Shown here in pieces: positions 31,301-40,564 of a stretch of 64,000 nucleotides of DNA. Position numbers and translations under genes: made by a program. This DNA comes from a bacterium (GTDB lineage Bacteria > SAR324 > NAC60-12). The stretch's first letter is position 1; every line of letters starts with the position of its first letter. The stretch spans positions 277,600-341,599 of the forward strand of contig CBDBHR010000028.1 in the NCBI GenBank assembly GCA_965205865.1, in the 5' to 3' direction. The notes under the pieces were generated by a model. That model worked only from the letters and a program-made list of their open reading frames with translations, did not search any database and was not told where the DNA came from.

Positions 31301-32930
31301 ATTAAAAAAGAAAGATCGCCTTGTTTGCCTTGGAGGCAACACTGCGCAGGAGAGTTATCTCAATGCGGGAAGCATTATCCTGATTGCTGAACAGGAAGGA
31401 GCGGACGCGCTCCATCCCGGCATTGGTTTTCTTTCAGAATCATCCCAGTATGCCAGGATTTGCCGGGAACATGGACTCAATTTTATTGGCCCCAGCGCTC
31501 ATAGTATGGATTTGATGGGTAATAAATCCAATGCGTTGGCGACGGCAAAACGTCTGAAGATCCCAGTCGTTCCCGGAAGTGCAGGGGCCCTTGCAGATCC
31601 CGTTCAGGCAGAAACGGTTGCCCGGGAAATCGGATTTCCTGTCTTGATCAAAGCCACCCACGGTGGCGGAGGTAAAGGAATTCGCGTAGTTGAAGAATCG
31701 GAGTCTCTGGTCGATGTCTTTTCCCAAATGTCCCAGGAAGCCCTGAACGCTTTTGGCAATGGGGATTTGTATCTGGAAAAATATATTATTTCAATGCGAC
31801 ATATCGAAGTCCAAATCTTGAGAGACAGCCATGGCAACACCAAAATACTGGGCATGAGGGATTGCACGGTACAGCGCAACTATCAAAAATTGATTGAAGA
31901 GTCGATTGGAGAGCATTTTCCAAAGTTAATCGTCAAGCAACTCTACCGTTATACTGAATCAATCATCAATGAAATCGATTACCTTGGGGCAGGCACAGTC
32001 GAATTCATTTATGATCGCCTCCATCAGAAAATCTATTTTATGGAAATGAACACCCGCTTGCAGGTGGAACATCCTGTTACCGAAATGGTATCTGGCCTGG
32101 ATCTCGTTCAAAAGCAATTGGAAATCGCCGAAGGCGGCAATATCGAGGACTTGTCCGTTGAACTCAACGGACATGCTATGGAATTACGGGTCAATGCGGA
32201 AAAAATTGAAATCAACCCGGATGGCACGCTTGTTTTTCTTCCCGACCCGGGAACTATCACAAAAGTAGAATTACCGGCATTCCAAAATATCCGCTTCGTT
32301 TCCGCCGTAAAAAGCGAAAGCGCGGTTCCTCCCTATTACGACGGCCTGATTGCCCAAATCATTGCTCATGGGCCAACCCGTGGAGAAGTGATTCAAACAC
32401 TGTTGGATTATCTGAAAGAAATCCGCATCACTGGCATCTCCACAAACCTGGCGTTGGCTGAGGCGATTTTGGAAAATGAACTTTTCCAGTCAGGAGATTA
32501 CGATACCGGATTTCTGAAAACCTTCCTACAACAAATCGATATCCACCAATTGATCCGTGCCACTCAAAATCATGCCGGGGACACGGGGGCGGCAATCGAC
32601 CAGAAGACCATTGCCATTCCGGACTCAAGGGAACTCAAGGTGCTTTCTCCCCAAACCGGCGCTTTCTATCGCTCTTCCTCTCCGAGTGACCCGGTATTTG
32701 TCGAAGAAGGACTACAAATTGGTAGCGGGCAAACCCTTTGTCTGCTGGAATCGATGAAAGTCTTCAACGAACTAAGGTTGAAAGCATACAAGGGAGGAGA
32801 TGGAGAACTGCTCTATCCGGAGGACACTTTTTACCGGATCAAAAAAATTATTCCCGAGGACAAGCAAACCGTCAGTCGAGGGGATCTATTATTTGTCATT
32901 GAACCGGAAGAAACCCTCCAATCTGCCTAG
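28386..32930 (+). CDS. Single-chain multidomain carboxylase: carboxyltransferase alpha - unknown 370-aa region - carboxyltransferase beta - biotin carboxylase - BCCP (AccADC-like)
   Basis: - aa 60-320: AccA-like (...PLITFMDTPGAAAD...GIVYGQGYSGGAIPLA...).
- aa 330-690: no recognisable domain.
- aa 700-880: AccD-like (...FISAGGMQTKEGAGALFSM...).
- aa 900-1350: ATP-grasp biotin carboxylase (...VLIKATHGGGGKGIRVV..., ...EMNTRLQVEHPVTEMVSGLDLVQ...).
- C-terminal biotinyl domain with LLESMKVFNEL. Confidence 0.8.
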   Translation: MENRSLFLQAEAMSKDLSLLPEERLPFFDESSLLGLVSQEDIKKNIDRLRRLDVDEYIRQTVLPTENPKRRSAPEVIKNLRGKLIKEELDGPLYVAEIEFFTNNRLRRFGVIAQNRKNQAGVWYPQHHLKAAEYARFFASHGMPLITFMDTPGAAADTEANLRNQSHSISFFIAEMANLEIPTLGIVYGQGYSGGAIPLATTNILLSVRDGVFNTIYPKGLSNIARKYNLSWEECAKYIGVSAFELNAAGYFDGIIDYTPEEPHLLDNLQNAILSAVECIEDNSKKLLKSHNLFFWEHYQESLNHYLNPSEMLIEDNILTDKTPTGILNIFGDVNRFLRYLKLRQKITSQSVLHYARLSTMPQGQLQERLAREQREKFQNWLKSPVELRYHDNLFRKYKRFREACQNRENQRRRLVTFFIGDPKERFETATKELTSEVLLFLYNYWKENAIENLTQLYEYLKYFKSTVTLPDQNVTLLEALQNEHLCHSFQRNFQNIILFDHLYDGVMNNLTMIAGELNGTNQISRKSVEKLFESSFDSAIQEFENHSPDLQTTDAKERFFKWLQLFITQKNCDEIMHNISDWKQRAFPRLSQPLFGLVRYYFATLLPALNTAESDSDSRKQKKFSGKITPRNIGIKDFWNRLDRAYKDLLIQDLLREYKKKPITPKRIIDYFFEDFEELYHDRITVDPVKFPGFRQSVEQALQKGVTPCGIITGLATFADENQRNRVGLAISNTKFQAGAFDMASSEKICQLLAECTKHKLPLIMFISAGGMQTKEGAGALFSMPVLNDRMTRFIKDNELPVICFGFRDCMGGAQASFVTHRLVKTYYFSGTIMSFAGQLVVESHLPMNAILSNYLSNTPGSMEGLVHNPFDEAIDAKLKEADPQIPLAQLTVRDVISKIMAGEYRPYFKPEENAIAQIFEEKLHLGPIQRILIHARGCTATRLIYAAHEAGLEVVLVQSDPDMDSYPANLLKKKDRLVCLGGNTAQESYLNAGSIILIAEQEGADALHPGIGFLSESSQYARICREHGLNFIGPSAHSMDLMGNKSNALATAKRLKIPVVPGSAGALADPVQAETVAREIGFPVLIKATHGGGGKGIRVVEESESLVDVFSQMSQEALNAFGNGDLYLEKYIISMRHIEVQILRDSHGNTKILGMRDCTVQRNYQKLIEESIGEHFPKLIVKQLYRYTESIINEIDYLGAGTVEFIYDRLHQKIYFMEMNTRLQVEHPVTEMVSGLDLVQKQLEIAEGGNIEDLSVELNGHAMELRVNAEKIEINPDGTLVFLPDPGTITKVELPAFQNIRFVSAVKSESAVPPYYDGLIAQIIAHGPTRGEVIQTLLDYLKEIRITGISTNLALAEAILENELFQSGDYDTGFLKTFLQQIDIHQLIRATQNHAGDTGAAIDQKTIAIPDSRELKVLSPQTGAFYRSSSPSDPVFVEEGLQIGSGQTLCLLESMKVFNELRLKAYKGGDGELLYPEDTFYRIKKIIPEDKQTVSRGDLLFVIEPEETLQSA

Positions 32931-32956
32931 AAACAACTTTGTAGTGGATAACCACC

Positions 32957-34246
32957 ATGACGATTTCCTTTTTTCAAAAATGGGGGCGGCTCAGTATCGC
33001 AATCCTCATCTTTGCCGCTTTGGTCAGCGTTGTCGTTTTTTTTAATGATATTTTGTTCCCCTTCATTCTCGCCTGCTTTTTGGCCTATCTGCTTGCTCCC
33101 GTCATCAGACGCATGCACCAGTGGAAACTAAAGGGGTACCAATTGCCTCGTGGACTGGCGGTGATGCTGGTTTATGTCGTTATCCTGGGCACTCTGATCG
33201 GTGGTGGTTCATATCTGATTCCCAATCTTTACAATGAGATCACCCAGATGCTCAAAGAGATGCCACGCGCTATCAATCAAACGTCACAGACTTGGTTGCC
33301 ATTCATCAACGAGAAATTGAACCAATGGGCGGCCCTGATGCCTGATCCGGTGGACATGGAAATCCCTTCTCAAGGTCCCTTGCCGGAATCATCGACGAAC
33401 CGGAATATCAATTCAAACATCAACAGCCCTTATCTTGCAGCCCTGGAAGAATACACCTATGAAATCCGCACCCTGGATTCGGGTAAAATGGAAATCATTC
33501 CGCATCGTAAAATCTCCGGTCCTCCGGAAAAGCCAAAACCTCTGGACTTACGAGATCATTTTTCGTCGGCAATCCAACTTACGGTGGAACGCATTCAGCA
33601 AAACACGGTCAATTTTCTCAATTTCGGACGTCAAATTTTGACCAGAGTTGCCGGGTCGATCTTCACGCTTTTTCTGACCCTGATGATTTCGGCCTTCATT
33701 CTGATTGATATAGAGCGAGTTCTCCGATTTGGACGCTCGCTGTTCCTCCCCAAATACCACTCGGAGTATGAAAAATTTCTGCAACGTTTGGATCAGGGAC
33801 TGAGTGGCGTCGTTCGTGGACAAGTCTTGATTTGCCTGATCAACGGCGCTCTCACAGGAATCGGATTACTCATCTTTGGAGTGCCTTTTGTTTTTACTTT
33901 GTCCCTGGTGGCGACAATTTGTTCCCTGATCCCTATTTTCGGTACCTTGCTTTCTTCTTTTCCAATTGTGATCATGGCTTTGACAGTTTCCTTCCCGACC
34001 ACTCTATTTATTGTTGGCTGGATCCTATTGATTCACTTCATTGAAGGCAACATCCTCAACCCCAGGATCATGGGTACCGCAGCCCGCATCCATCCGGCAT
34101 TGATTGTCTTCGCCTTGGTTGCCGGAGAATTTGTTGCCGGGATTCCGGGTGCTCTCTTGGCCGTGCCAATTTTTTCGCTCCTTCAGAACACCTTTCTATT
34201 CCTCAAATCAATCATTGAAGAACTCGAACCCGCAGGACCGATTTAA
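32957..34246 (+). CDS. AI-2E family transporter (PerM/TqsA-like)
   Basis: Eight predicted TM helices and the characteristic ...LIHFIEGNILNPRIMG... motif. Confidence 0.8.
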   Translation: MTISFFQKWGRLSIAILIFAALVSVVVFFNDILFPFILACFLAYLLAPVIRRMHQWKLKGYQLPRGLAVMLVYVVILGTLIGGGSYLIPNLYNEITQMLKEMPRAINQTSQTWLPFINEKLNQWAALMPDPVDMEIPSQGPLPESSTNRNINSNINSPYLAALEEYTYEIRTLDSGKMEIIPHRKISGPPEKPKPLDLRDHFSSAIQLTVERIQQNTVNFLNFGRQILTRVAGSIFTLFLTLMISAFILIDIERVLRFGRSLFLPKYHSEYEKFLQRLDQGLSGVVRGQVLICLINGALTGIGLLIFGVPFVFTLSLVATICSLIPIFGTLLSSFPIVIMALTVSFPTTLFIVGWILLIHFIEGNILNPRIMGTAARIHPALIVFALVAGEFVAGIPGALLAVPIFSLLQNTFLFLKSIIEELEPAGPI

Positions 34247-34297
34247 AAGAAACTCTTATGCGACAATACTACTAACAGTTTTGAAATAGCTATGAAG

Positions 34298-34526
34298 TAT
34301 TCTTTAGTTATGTACACAGAATCAATGTCATTCCTGGCTTGCCCAGGAATCCAGGGGTCCTGCCAAAGAACACCTGGATGCCTGATCAAGTCATGCATGA
34401 GACAGTCATCGTATTCTTTGTTATGTACACAGAATCAATGTCATTCCTGGCTTGCCCAGGAATCCAGGGGTCCTGCCAAAGAACACCTGGATGCCTGATC
34501 AAGTCATGCATGAGACAGTCATCGGG
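34298..34526. repeat. Two tandem copies of a 114-bp element, each containing hairpin GTCATTCCTGG-cttgc-CCAGGAATCC
   Basis: 34298-34411 and 34412-34525 are identical except for a 1-nt indel. The hairpin family also occurs at 199-226 and 44363-44388. Confidence 0.85.
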
Positions 34527-35048
34527 ATTGCTTGAATTATTTCAAACTGAGAAACTGACTCAGAATTGTAAATAATTCAGATACTTTTTCTAAGTATTTG
34601 AAATGATTTATTTTCAATTTATTAAGAATTAAAAAAAATGTCAGAACCATTGATGTGAATGACAATTTCAAATACGACGTTGAAAAAAACCAGGCACAAG
34701 AATAATTGGAGAGATGGAACAATTCATTGTCCCCTGTAATTTTTAGATTGATACCAGCAGAAAAATCGCACCCTTCAATTAGAAAATGGCGCATCAATGT
34801 ACAAGACTGACAGACTCAAAAGTTGCAACGATGACAGCCGGAATCTACAACATCTGGTACAGCATGGCGCCCCTCCTGATGCTTTGCAACAAGAGTTGAT
34901 TGAGGAAACGAAGCAAGTCAGCGATCTTGCTATCATGCAGATTGCTAATGATTGCATTTCTTGGACACAAAAATTGTCTTAAAAATCTGATTCTTTTCCA
35001 GAATCGCTCAATTCAGGTTAAATAAACGCAAAAACAAATGAGGAAAAA

Positions 35049-35702
35049 ATGGATGCAAAAACCTTTGTGCAGCAGTTGGAACAGCAAAACAACGTACTAT
35101 TGGACAAATTGAAAAAACAGCCGCCGTTGGGAGAGGGAGATGACTTAAACATCAATCAATTATTGAAAATGGCTTTGAAAAACGAAATCGAAGCCACCGA
35201 ACTGGCAGCTTACTGGGTCCACTCGACTCCCGAGGTAGAAGTCAAACTGGGATTTTCACGACAAGTGGGAGATGAAGCGCGACATTATCGAATCATTGCC
35301 GAGCGTCTGCAGGAGCTTGGGGAAGATTTGAGGGATTTCGACCCACTTGCGGCAGGTTACAGTCCCTTGTTTGAATATCTCAAGACCCTGGAAAATACGG
35401 TGGAGCGCGTAGCAGCAGGGCAATTTACCCGAGAAGCCATTGCCTTGATCAAAAACGAGCAATTCATCGAATGCTGCCACGAGGCAGGAGATTCGGAAAC
35501 CGCCCGATGTTATGAGGAAATCATACAACCTGACGAAACCTTTCACCATCAATTGGGTAAAAAGATTTTGGAACAATACGCCAATACCGATGCCTTACAG
35601 TTTCAAGCCAGACAAGCTGCCCAAAAGACCTTGGAGCTTGCTGAAGAACTTCAGGGGATCGTATTCAATAAAATGGGAATCCACCATGCGCCAGGATGTT
35701 GA
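35049..35702 (+). CDS. Ferritin-like di-iron four-helix-bundle protein (family uncertain)
   Basis: Paired E...ExxH-type motifs (EIEATELAAYW, GDEARHY, DETFHHQ), typical of ferritin-like/rubrerythrin-like oxidoreductases. Confidence 0.4.
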   Translation: MDAKTFVQQLEQQNNVLLDKLKKQPPLGEGDDLNINQLLKMALKNEIEATELAAYWVHSTPEVEVKLGFSRQVGDEARHYRIIAERLQELGEDLRDFDPLAAGYSPLFEYLKTLENTVERVAAGQFTREAIALIKNEQFIECCHEAGDSETARCYEEIIQPDETFHHQLGKKILEQYANTDALQFQARQAAQKTLELAEELQGIVFNKMGIHHAPGC

Positions 35703-36012
35703 ATCAGAAATTTTTGATTCCGATTCAATACACTGTTAGAAAATTTTGTTTCAGAAGAAGAGTCTTCTTGCCTACCTGACAGGTGCGGTGACAGCCGCTC
35801 AAAAAAAAAATACTTGATTCTTTGTTTGGCATGCGCTATTCTGCTCTTTGATTTTGCATTAAATTTGAATTTTTACACATCAATTACCCGAACGAGAGTA
35901 TTTCAATGCATCTGAATTTGCTGGCTTTATTATCTTTATTACTCTTGAGATCCATCGGATAACCGATTGCCAGCAATTGTTATATTTTATTAATTGTGGG
36001 CGTTGGGCCCAC

Positions 36013-36050
36013 AAAAAAGCCGTGGGCTTCCAAGTTCACGGCTTTTTTTT
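36013..36050 (+). terminator. Rho-independent terminator
   Basis: AGCCGTG-ggcttccaagtt-CACGGCT followed by T8. It is preceded by an A-run, so it could work in both directions. Confidence 0.7.
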
Positions 36051-36113
36051 CGCCCTTTTTAATTCTTGTTGTAATCTTTGGCGTTTAAGAAATTCTCAAA
36101 AAAAGGAGATCCC

Positions 36114-37805
36114 ATGAAAACGATGCCTATTGAAAATTATCGTCCTTATCCCCTAGTGGATTTGCCCAATCGCCGATGGCCTTCGAAGGTGATTGATAAA
36201 GCACCCATCTGGTGCAGTGTGGACCTGCGTGATGGCAATCAGGCCCTGGTCAACCCCATGACCATCAAGAAGAAATTAGAGATGTTTCAACTGCTGGTTG
36301 AGATGGGATTCAAGGAAATCGAGGTTGGTTTTCCCTCAGCAGCAGAAGTTGAATTTCAATTTGTGAGAAAGTTGATTGAAGAGCAACTTGTTCCGGACGA
36401 TGTCGCCATTCAGGTGCTCACCCAAACCCGGGATCACTTGATTGAAAAAACCTGTCAAGCGATCGCTGGGGCGAAGCGTGCCATCGTGCATATCTACAAT
36501 TCCACCTCCGAAGCGCAACGCCGTGTTGTTTTCCAGTCCGACCGGGCCGGTATCGTGGATATTGCCGTACGAGGGGCTGAACAGGCCCAAGAGTATGCAA
36601 AGGCTCTGAATGATACGGAAGTCGTGTTTCAATATTCCCCGGAAAGCTTCACCGGCACTGAACTGGATTTTGCTTTGGAAATTTCTGAAGCCGTCATCGA
36701 TGTCTGGCAGCCGACTACTGAGCAAAAAACGATCATCAACCTCCCCTCGACGGTTGAGTTGTCCACACCGAATGTCTTTGCAGACCGCATTGAGTGGTTT
36801 GCGCAAAACCTGCGTAACCGTGAGTCGGTCACTCTCAGCGTGCATACTCATAATGACCGGGGCACGGGAGTGGCAACCGGAGAATTCGCCGTAATGGCGG
36901 GTGCGGACCGGGTAGAAGGGACATTGTTCGGCAATGGAGAACGTACCGGAAACATGGATATCGTCACCATGGCCCTCAATCTCTTTTCCCAGGGAGTTGA
37001 TCCCGAATTGGACTGCAGCGATATTCAAAAAATGATTGATATCTATGAAAAATGCACTGGTATGCCGGTTCCCGCCAGACATCCTTATGCCGGAGAACTG
37101 GTGTACACGGCTTTTTCAGGTTCCCACCAGGATGCCATTCGCAAAGGGATGCTGGCACTCAACGATGCAGCGACTCCTTATTGGGATGTCCCCTACTTGC
37201 CAATCAATCCGGAACATGTCGGACGCAGCTACGAAGCCATCATTCGCATCAATAGTCAATCCGGCAAGGGAGGGGTGGCCTATGTGATGGAACAGGAATT
37301 TGGTTATCAACTCCCCAAGGAGATGCATCAGGAATTTGCCCGCATCATCCAAAAAGTGTCTGAAGAATCTGGAGAAGAAGTACCACCCAGCCGGATTTAT
37401 CAGTGTTTTCAGGAAGAGTACTTGTGGCCCAGAGAGCCCTTTGAGTTGCAAAAATGCCACATTGAAACCGAGGCTTCCGAAGACGAGAATTCCATCCAAA
37501 CGAGAATCCACGCCAAAGTGGCGATATTTGGGGAAGAACAAATGATCGCAGGAGAAGGCAACGGTCCCATTGACGCGTTTTGTGGCGCACTACGCAGCAA
37601 CAAAAATATTCAGTTTGAGTTTGCCTCTTACCATGAACATGCCCTCGGGGAAGGCTCCAATGCTCAGGCAGTGGCATATGTACAACTCAAGGTGCGGAAA
37701 CATTCCTTTTTCGGAGTGGGATTGGATTCCAATATCAGCCTGGCATCTATCAAAGCTTTGTGTAGCGCGCTGAACCGCGCTTTTAAAGAAAAAAGCGCTA
37801 CTTAA
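36114..37805 (+). CDS. leuA: 2-isopropylmalate synthase (long-form LeuA)
   Basis: AAAGGAG RBS. ...IWCSVDLRDGNQALVNPM... HMGL-like TIM barrel. HTHNDRGTGVATGEFAVMAGADRVEGTLFGNGERTGN. C-terminal LeuA dimerisation/regulatory domain. 563 aa. Confidence 0.85.
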   Translation: MKTMPIENYRPYPLVDLPNRRWPSKVIDKAPIWCSVDLRDGNQALVNPMTIKKKLEMFQLLVEMGFKEIEVGFPSAAEVEFQFVRKLIEEQLVPDDVAIQVLTQTRDHLIEKTCQAIAGAKRAIVHIYNSTSEAQRRVVFQSDRAGIVDIAVRGAEQAQEYAKALNDTEVVFQYSPESFTGTELDFALEISEAVIDVWQPTTEQKTIINLPSTVELSTPNVFADRIEWFAQNLRNRESVTLSVHTHNDRGTGVATGEFAVMAGADRVEGTLFGNGERTGNMDIVTMALNLFSQGVDPELDCSDIQKMIDIYEKCTGMPVPARHPYAGELVYTAFSGSHQDAIRKGMLALNDAATPYWDVPYLPINPEHVGRSYEAIIRINSQSGKGGVAYVMEQEFGYQLPKEMHQEFARIIQKVSEESGEEVPPSRIYQCFQEEYLWPREPFELQKCHIETEASEDENSIQTRIHAKVAIFGEEQMIAGEGNGPIDAFCGALRSNKNIQFEFASYHEHALGEGSNAQAVAYVQLKVRKHSFFGVGLDSNISLASIKALCSALNRAFKEKSAT

Positions 37806-37825
37806 CCTGAGTTCGACATAAATCT

Positions 37826-38203
37826 TCAATAATTTGAGTATCCTCGTGTATATGTCATCCTCGCGAAGCTTGTCCCCGCGAAAGCGGGGAGCGGGGATCC
37901 GGATTTCAGTCTGGCTGCATATCTCCGGATTCCTGCTCCCTGCTTTCGCAGGTTCTCTTGTTCCGGGTAGACCGACATGGTTTCCTCCAGCACCCATAGC
38001 AGTTCCAGAAATTCGGTGGTAAAGGCGCTGGTCCAGCGCAACGGATGGATGTCGTCCAAAGGCGACGATTTGCGCCCGGCTCCCTTCTTCATGCGGTACT
38101 TGAGCCACGATTGCACGACCTTGAGGCCGGAAACCTCGAACTCGTAGATTTCAGGCGCAACGGGCGCAAACGCACCGTCGCCGACGTGGAGCGTGCGGGT
38201 CAC
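37826..38203 (-). pseudogene. C-terminal remnant of a restriction-modification (type IIG/ISP-like) enzyme
   Basis: 125-aa ORF (...APEIYEFEVSGLKVVQSWLKYRMKKGAGRKSSPLDDIHPLRWTSAFTTEFLELLWVLEETM...) that resembles the conserved C-terminus of large RM methyltransferase/helicase fusions. It starts immediately after the stop of the preceding gene, so the N-terminal >90% is missing. Local GC is much higher than the surroundings. Confidence 0.35.
37854..37893. repeat. Hairpin repeat GTCATCCTCGCGAAGCTTGTCCCCGCGAAAGCGGGGAGCGGGGATCC
   Basis: CCCCGCGAAAGCGGGG stem-loop. A related CCCGCGAAAGCGGG hairpin is at 41485-41500. The pair brackets the foreign GC-rich patch. Confidence 0.5.
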
Positions 38204-39420
38204 GGTGGTGCGAATCGGTAGACAATGGATAACTGCGCAGGATCAGTGACGCTTGAATCCGTATGGTGATAGATGTTGGTGCGCCCGGTGGCACAGTCGC
38301 CCATATTGTCACAAGAAAGCATACCAAGAATACCCTGAAAACCAGACGTCGCTGCAAGTTCCTGGCGCAGTGCGGCGCGATCTACATACAACTTTTCACC
38401 CTCTACCACCGCGACAGACTCAATTGCTTTGAGCAACAGCGTGGTTGCATCATAAGCATGCGCCCAATATGGAGACAAGGGTCCTCGACCATAAGAGGTT
38501 GCGAATGCGGAAAGGACGGCATCTGCATTCTTCCCGGTTGCAACATTGACGTTTGAACCGAAATCCGATTCTGGCCCCACAAAATAGATGTCTTCCGACA
38601 GAGACGTACCAAGAAAATCAGAAACCAATAGTGCTGCGCCAGTAATCAAGGTAACATCTGCGAGACTATCAAATTCTCGTGTTTGTTCGACAAAGGGGAT
38701 ACCTTCAGCTTTAAAGATTGGGAAAAAGATACCATCCGGATTAGCAGCATCAAATTTTTTCAGGACGTCCCTCATATCCATGTCGGCCTTTTCAATACGG
38801 GCATATGCTACAATTAAACCACCAAAATCGCGAAATGCATTACTGAACGCACTAACAAGTAACGTTGTGTAAGGATCACCATCGTCAAGAGTCACCATTT
38901 TACGCAATCCTAATTCACCATAAGCGAAGTCGGCAACAGCTTGCGATTGGTAGAGACCATTGATTGAAACCCTGAAATAGCCGGGATAATAATAAGAACT
39001 TGCATTTCCAGCAAGATCAGATGTGAGCAATGGGGAGGTATTAGATGGGGAGATCATCACCAAACCGGCTTCACTGATCACAGGCGAGGCCGCCACCGCA
39101 GCAGCTGAGCAAGACGTGCCGATGACGCCCAATACTTGTTGGTTAGCAATAATTTGCTCCGCAGCTTTATGACCTCCTTCAGGAGAGCACATGCTATCTA
39201 CAGATTCAGAAAGCATAATATCACGACCATGAATCTTGCCGAAGTCTTTTACTGCCAACTCGACGGCATAACGTTGTGTGTCACCTACTGACGGAGCACC
39301 TGTGTGTGAAAACAAGGAACGAATATGTATTGCTTCACCCACATCAAATTCAACTAATTGTTTGGCATAAACACCCAGAGGCAAGATGCAGGTAATCAAG
39401 AAAAACAAAGTGATTTTCAT
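38200..39420 (-). CDS. Branched-chain amino acid ABC transporter substrate-binding protein (LivK/LivJ family), orphan
   Basis: Signal peptide MKITLFFLITCILPLGVYA. Periplasmic-binding-protein type I fold signature (...GVIGTSCSAAAVAASPVISEAGLVMISPSNTSP...). No adjacent permease or ATPase. Confidence 0.7.
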   Translation of the reverse strand: MKITLFFLITCILPLGVYAKQLVEFDVGEAIHIRSLFSHTGAPSVGDTQRYAVELAVKDFGKIHGRDIMLSESVDSMCSPEGGHKAAEQIIANQQVLGVIGTSCSAAAVAASPVISEAGLVMISPSNTSPLLTSDLAGNASSYYYPGYFRVSINGLYQSQAVADFAYGELGLRKMVTLDDGDPYTTLLVSAFSNAFRDFGGLIVAYARIEKADMDMRDVLKKFDAANPDGIFFPIFKAEGIPFVEQTREFDSLADVTLITGAALLVSDFLGTSLSEDIYFVGPESDFGSNVNVATGKNADAVLSAFATSYGRGPLSPYWAHAYDATTLLLKAIESVAVVEGEKLYVDRAALRQELAATSGFQGILGMLSCDNMGDCATGRTNIYHHTDSSVTDPAQLSIVYRFAPP

Positions 39421-39617
39421 GGTATTTTTAGATTTTTCTTTATTCATCGTATCCTCCATTGATTTTTTAATTTTACTGATGAAAAGGTTGGGAAATGTTA
39501 CTTCCTCAGCCTTCAGACATAAATGACCAAAAAAACGTCATAATTATTTTTATTAAAGATTCATGCGTTGATTAGATTAATATGTTTTTAAGAAAGTGCA
39601 AACTTTTTTGCGTTAAT

Positions 39618-39840
39618 TTATAAGCCAGTGATTTTCTTGAAGAAAGGAAAATTCTTTTGCACTTTCGCGACAGGTGTTGATCGCCAGTGTATTTCCATTT
39701 TGAGGCTAATAAAAGCCAGGAGTCGATAGCAAGAGTTTTCCACGGCGACAATTTCCATTGGCCGAGTTCTTCTTTTGAACTTTTTATTCAATCGTTCAAT
39801 GACATTGGTTGTTCTCAGAGAAATCCATTCCTCTTTTTGA
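39618..39840 (-). pseudogene. IS256-family transposase C-terminal fragment
   Basis: ...ISLRTTNVIERLNKKFKRRTRPMEIVAVENSCYRLLAFISLKMEIHWRS... matches the conserved C-terminal motif of IS256 (Mutator-like) transposases. The upstream part of the ORF is unrelated junk. Confidence 0.55.
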
Positions 39841-40120
39841 AACTGATGATTTAATTTGAATGATGACGACAATCTTCGTATAAATCCCTGCATTAAACAG
39901 CAAAATCGAACAGAAACATATTTCATTACCAAGATCGCGCGTGGAATGCGCAAATCAAAAAAAGCAGGAGATCGCCATGAATGATAGAAATCCCATAGAA
40001 GAGTACAATGAAATTTCAAGATGCAAAAACATTTTTACTGCAGCCCTCTTGAAGCTGCCGCAAATATTCAAGTGGCACCAGTACATTGTTAAATTAGTTT
40101 TGTAATGGTTTATCAGATTA

Positions 40121-40513
40121 TTGCATGAATTTTGCATTTTGTTTTTGCGAAAGGAGTCGCCTGCGCAAATTCATGGAAATGCCAGACTAACCATAAAGCA
40201 AAGAGAAGCAGTTCGTCGCTTACATCATGAGGATCGTCGTACGATAGCATCTCTTTCAAGAGACTTTGGAGTCTCGCCTGATACGATCCTGAAATGGGTT
40301 CACCGAGAATCCTCTTTTGATCGCAAGATGCCTTCTTCAAAACGTAAAAGAATCGTTGAGGAAGACTACCGTCAGGCTATTATTGAGTATCGTAAGCAGC
40401 ACCCCAATCATGGTAAACTTCGTATTGCCCGGGAACTTCGGGAAGCCTTTCCTCATGCAAGACCCAGTACTATTTTGAGGGTTCTTCAACAAGCCGGTTT
40501 AATCGTTGCTATA
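40121..40513 (+). pseudogene. IS481-family transposase N-terminal (HTH) fragment
   Basis: ...NARLTIKQREAVRRLHHEDRRTIASLSRDFGVSPDTILKWVHR... is the typical IS481 N-terminal HTH region. The DDE catalytic core is absent. The reading frame runs on into the next gene. Confidence 0.5.
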
Positions 40514-40564
40514 TCCTATTCAAATCATTTAGTTCGTTATCTCGAACTCAGCTTAATAAAAGCA

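Noticed and set aside
36336-37082. 248-aa minus-strand ORF inside leuA
   Set aside because: Antisense to a well-supported LeuA CDS, with no motifs.
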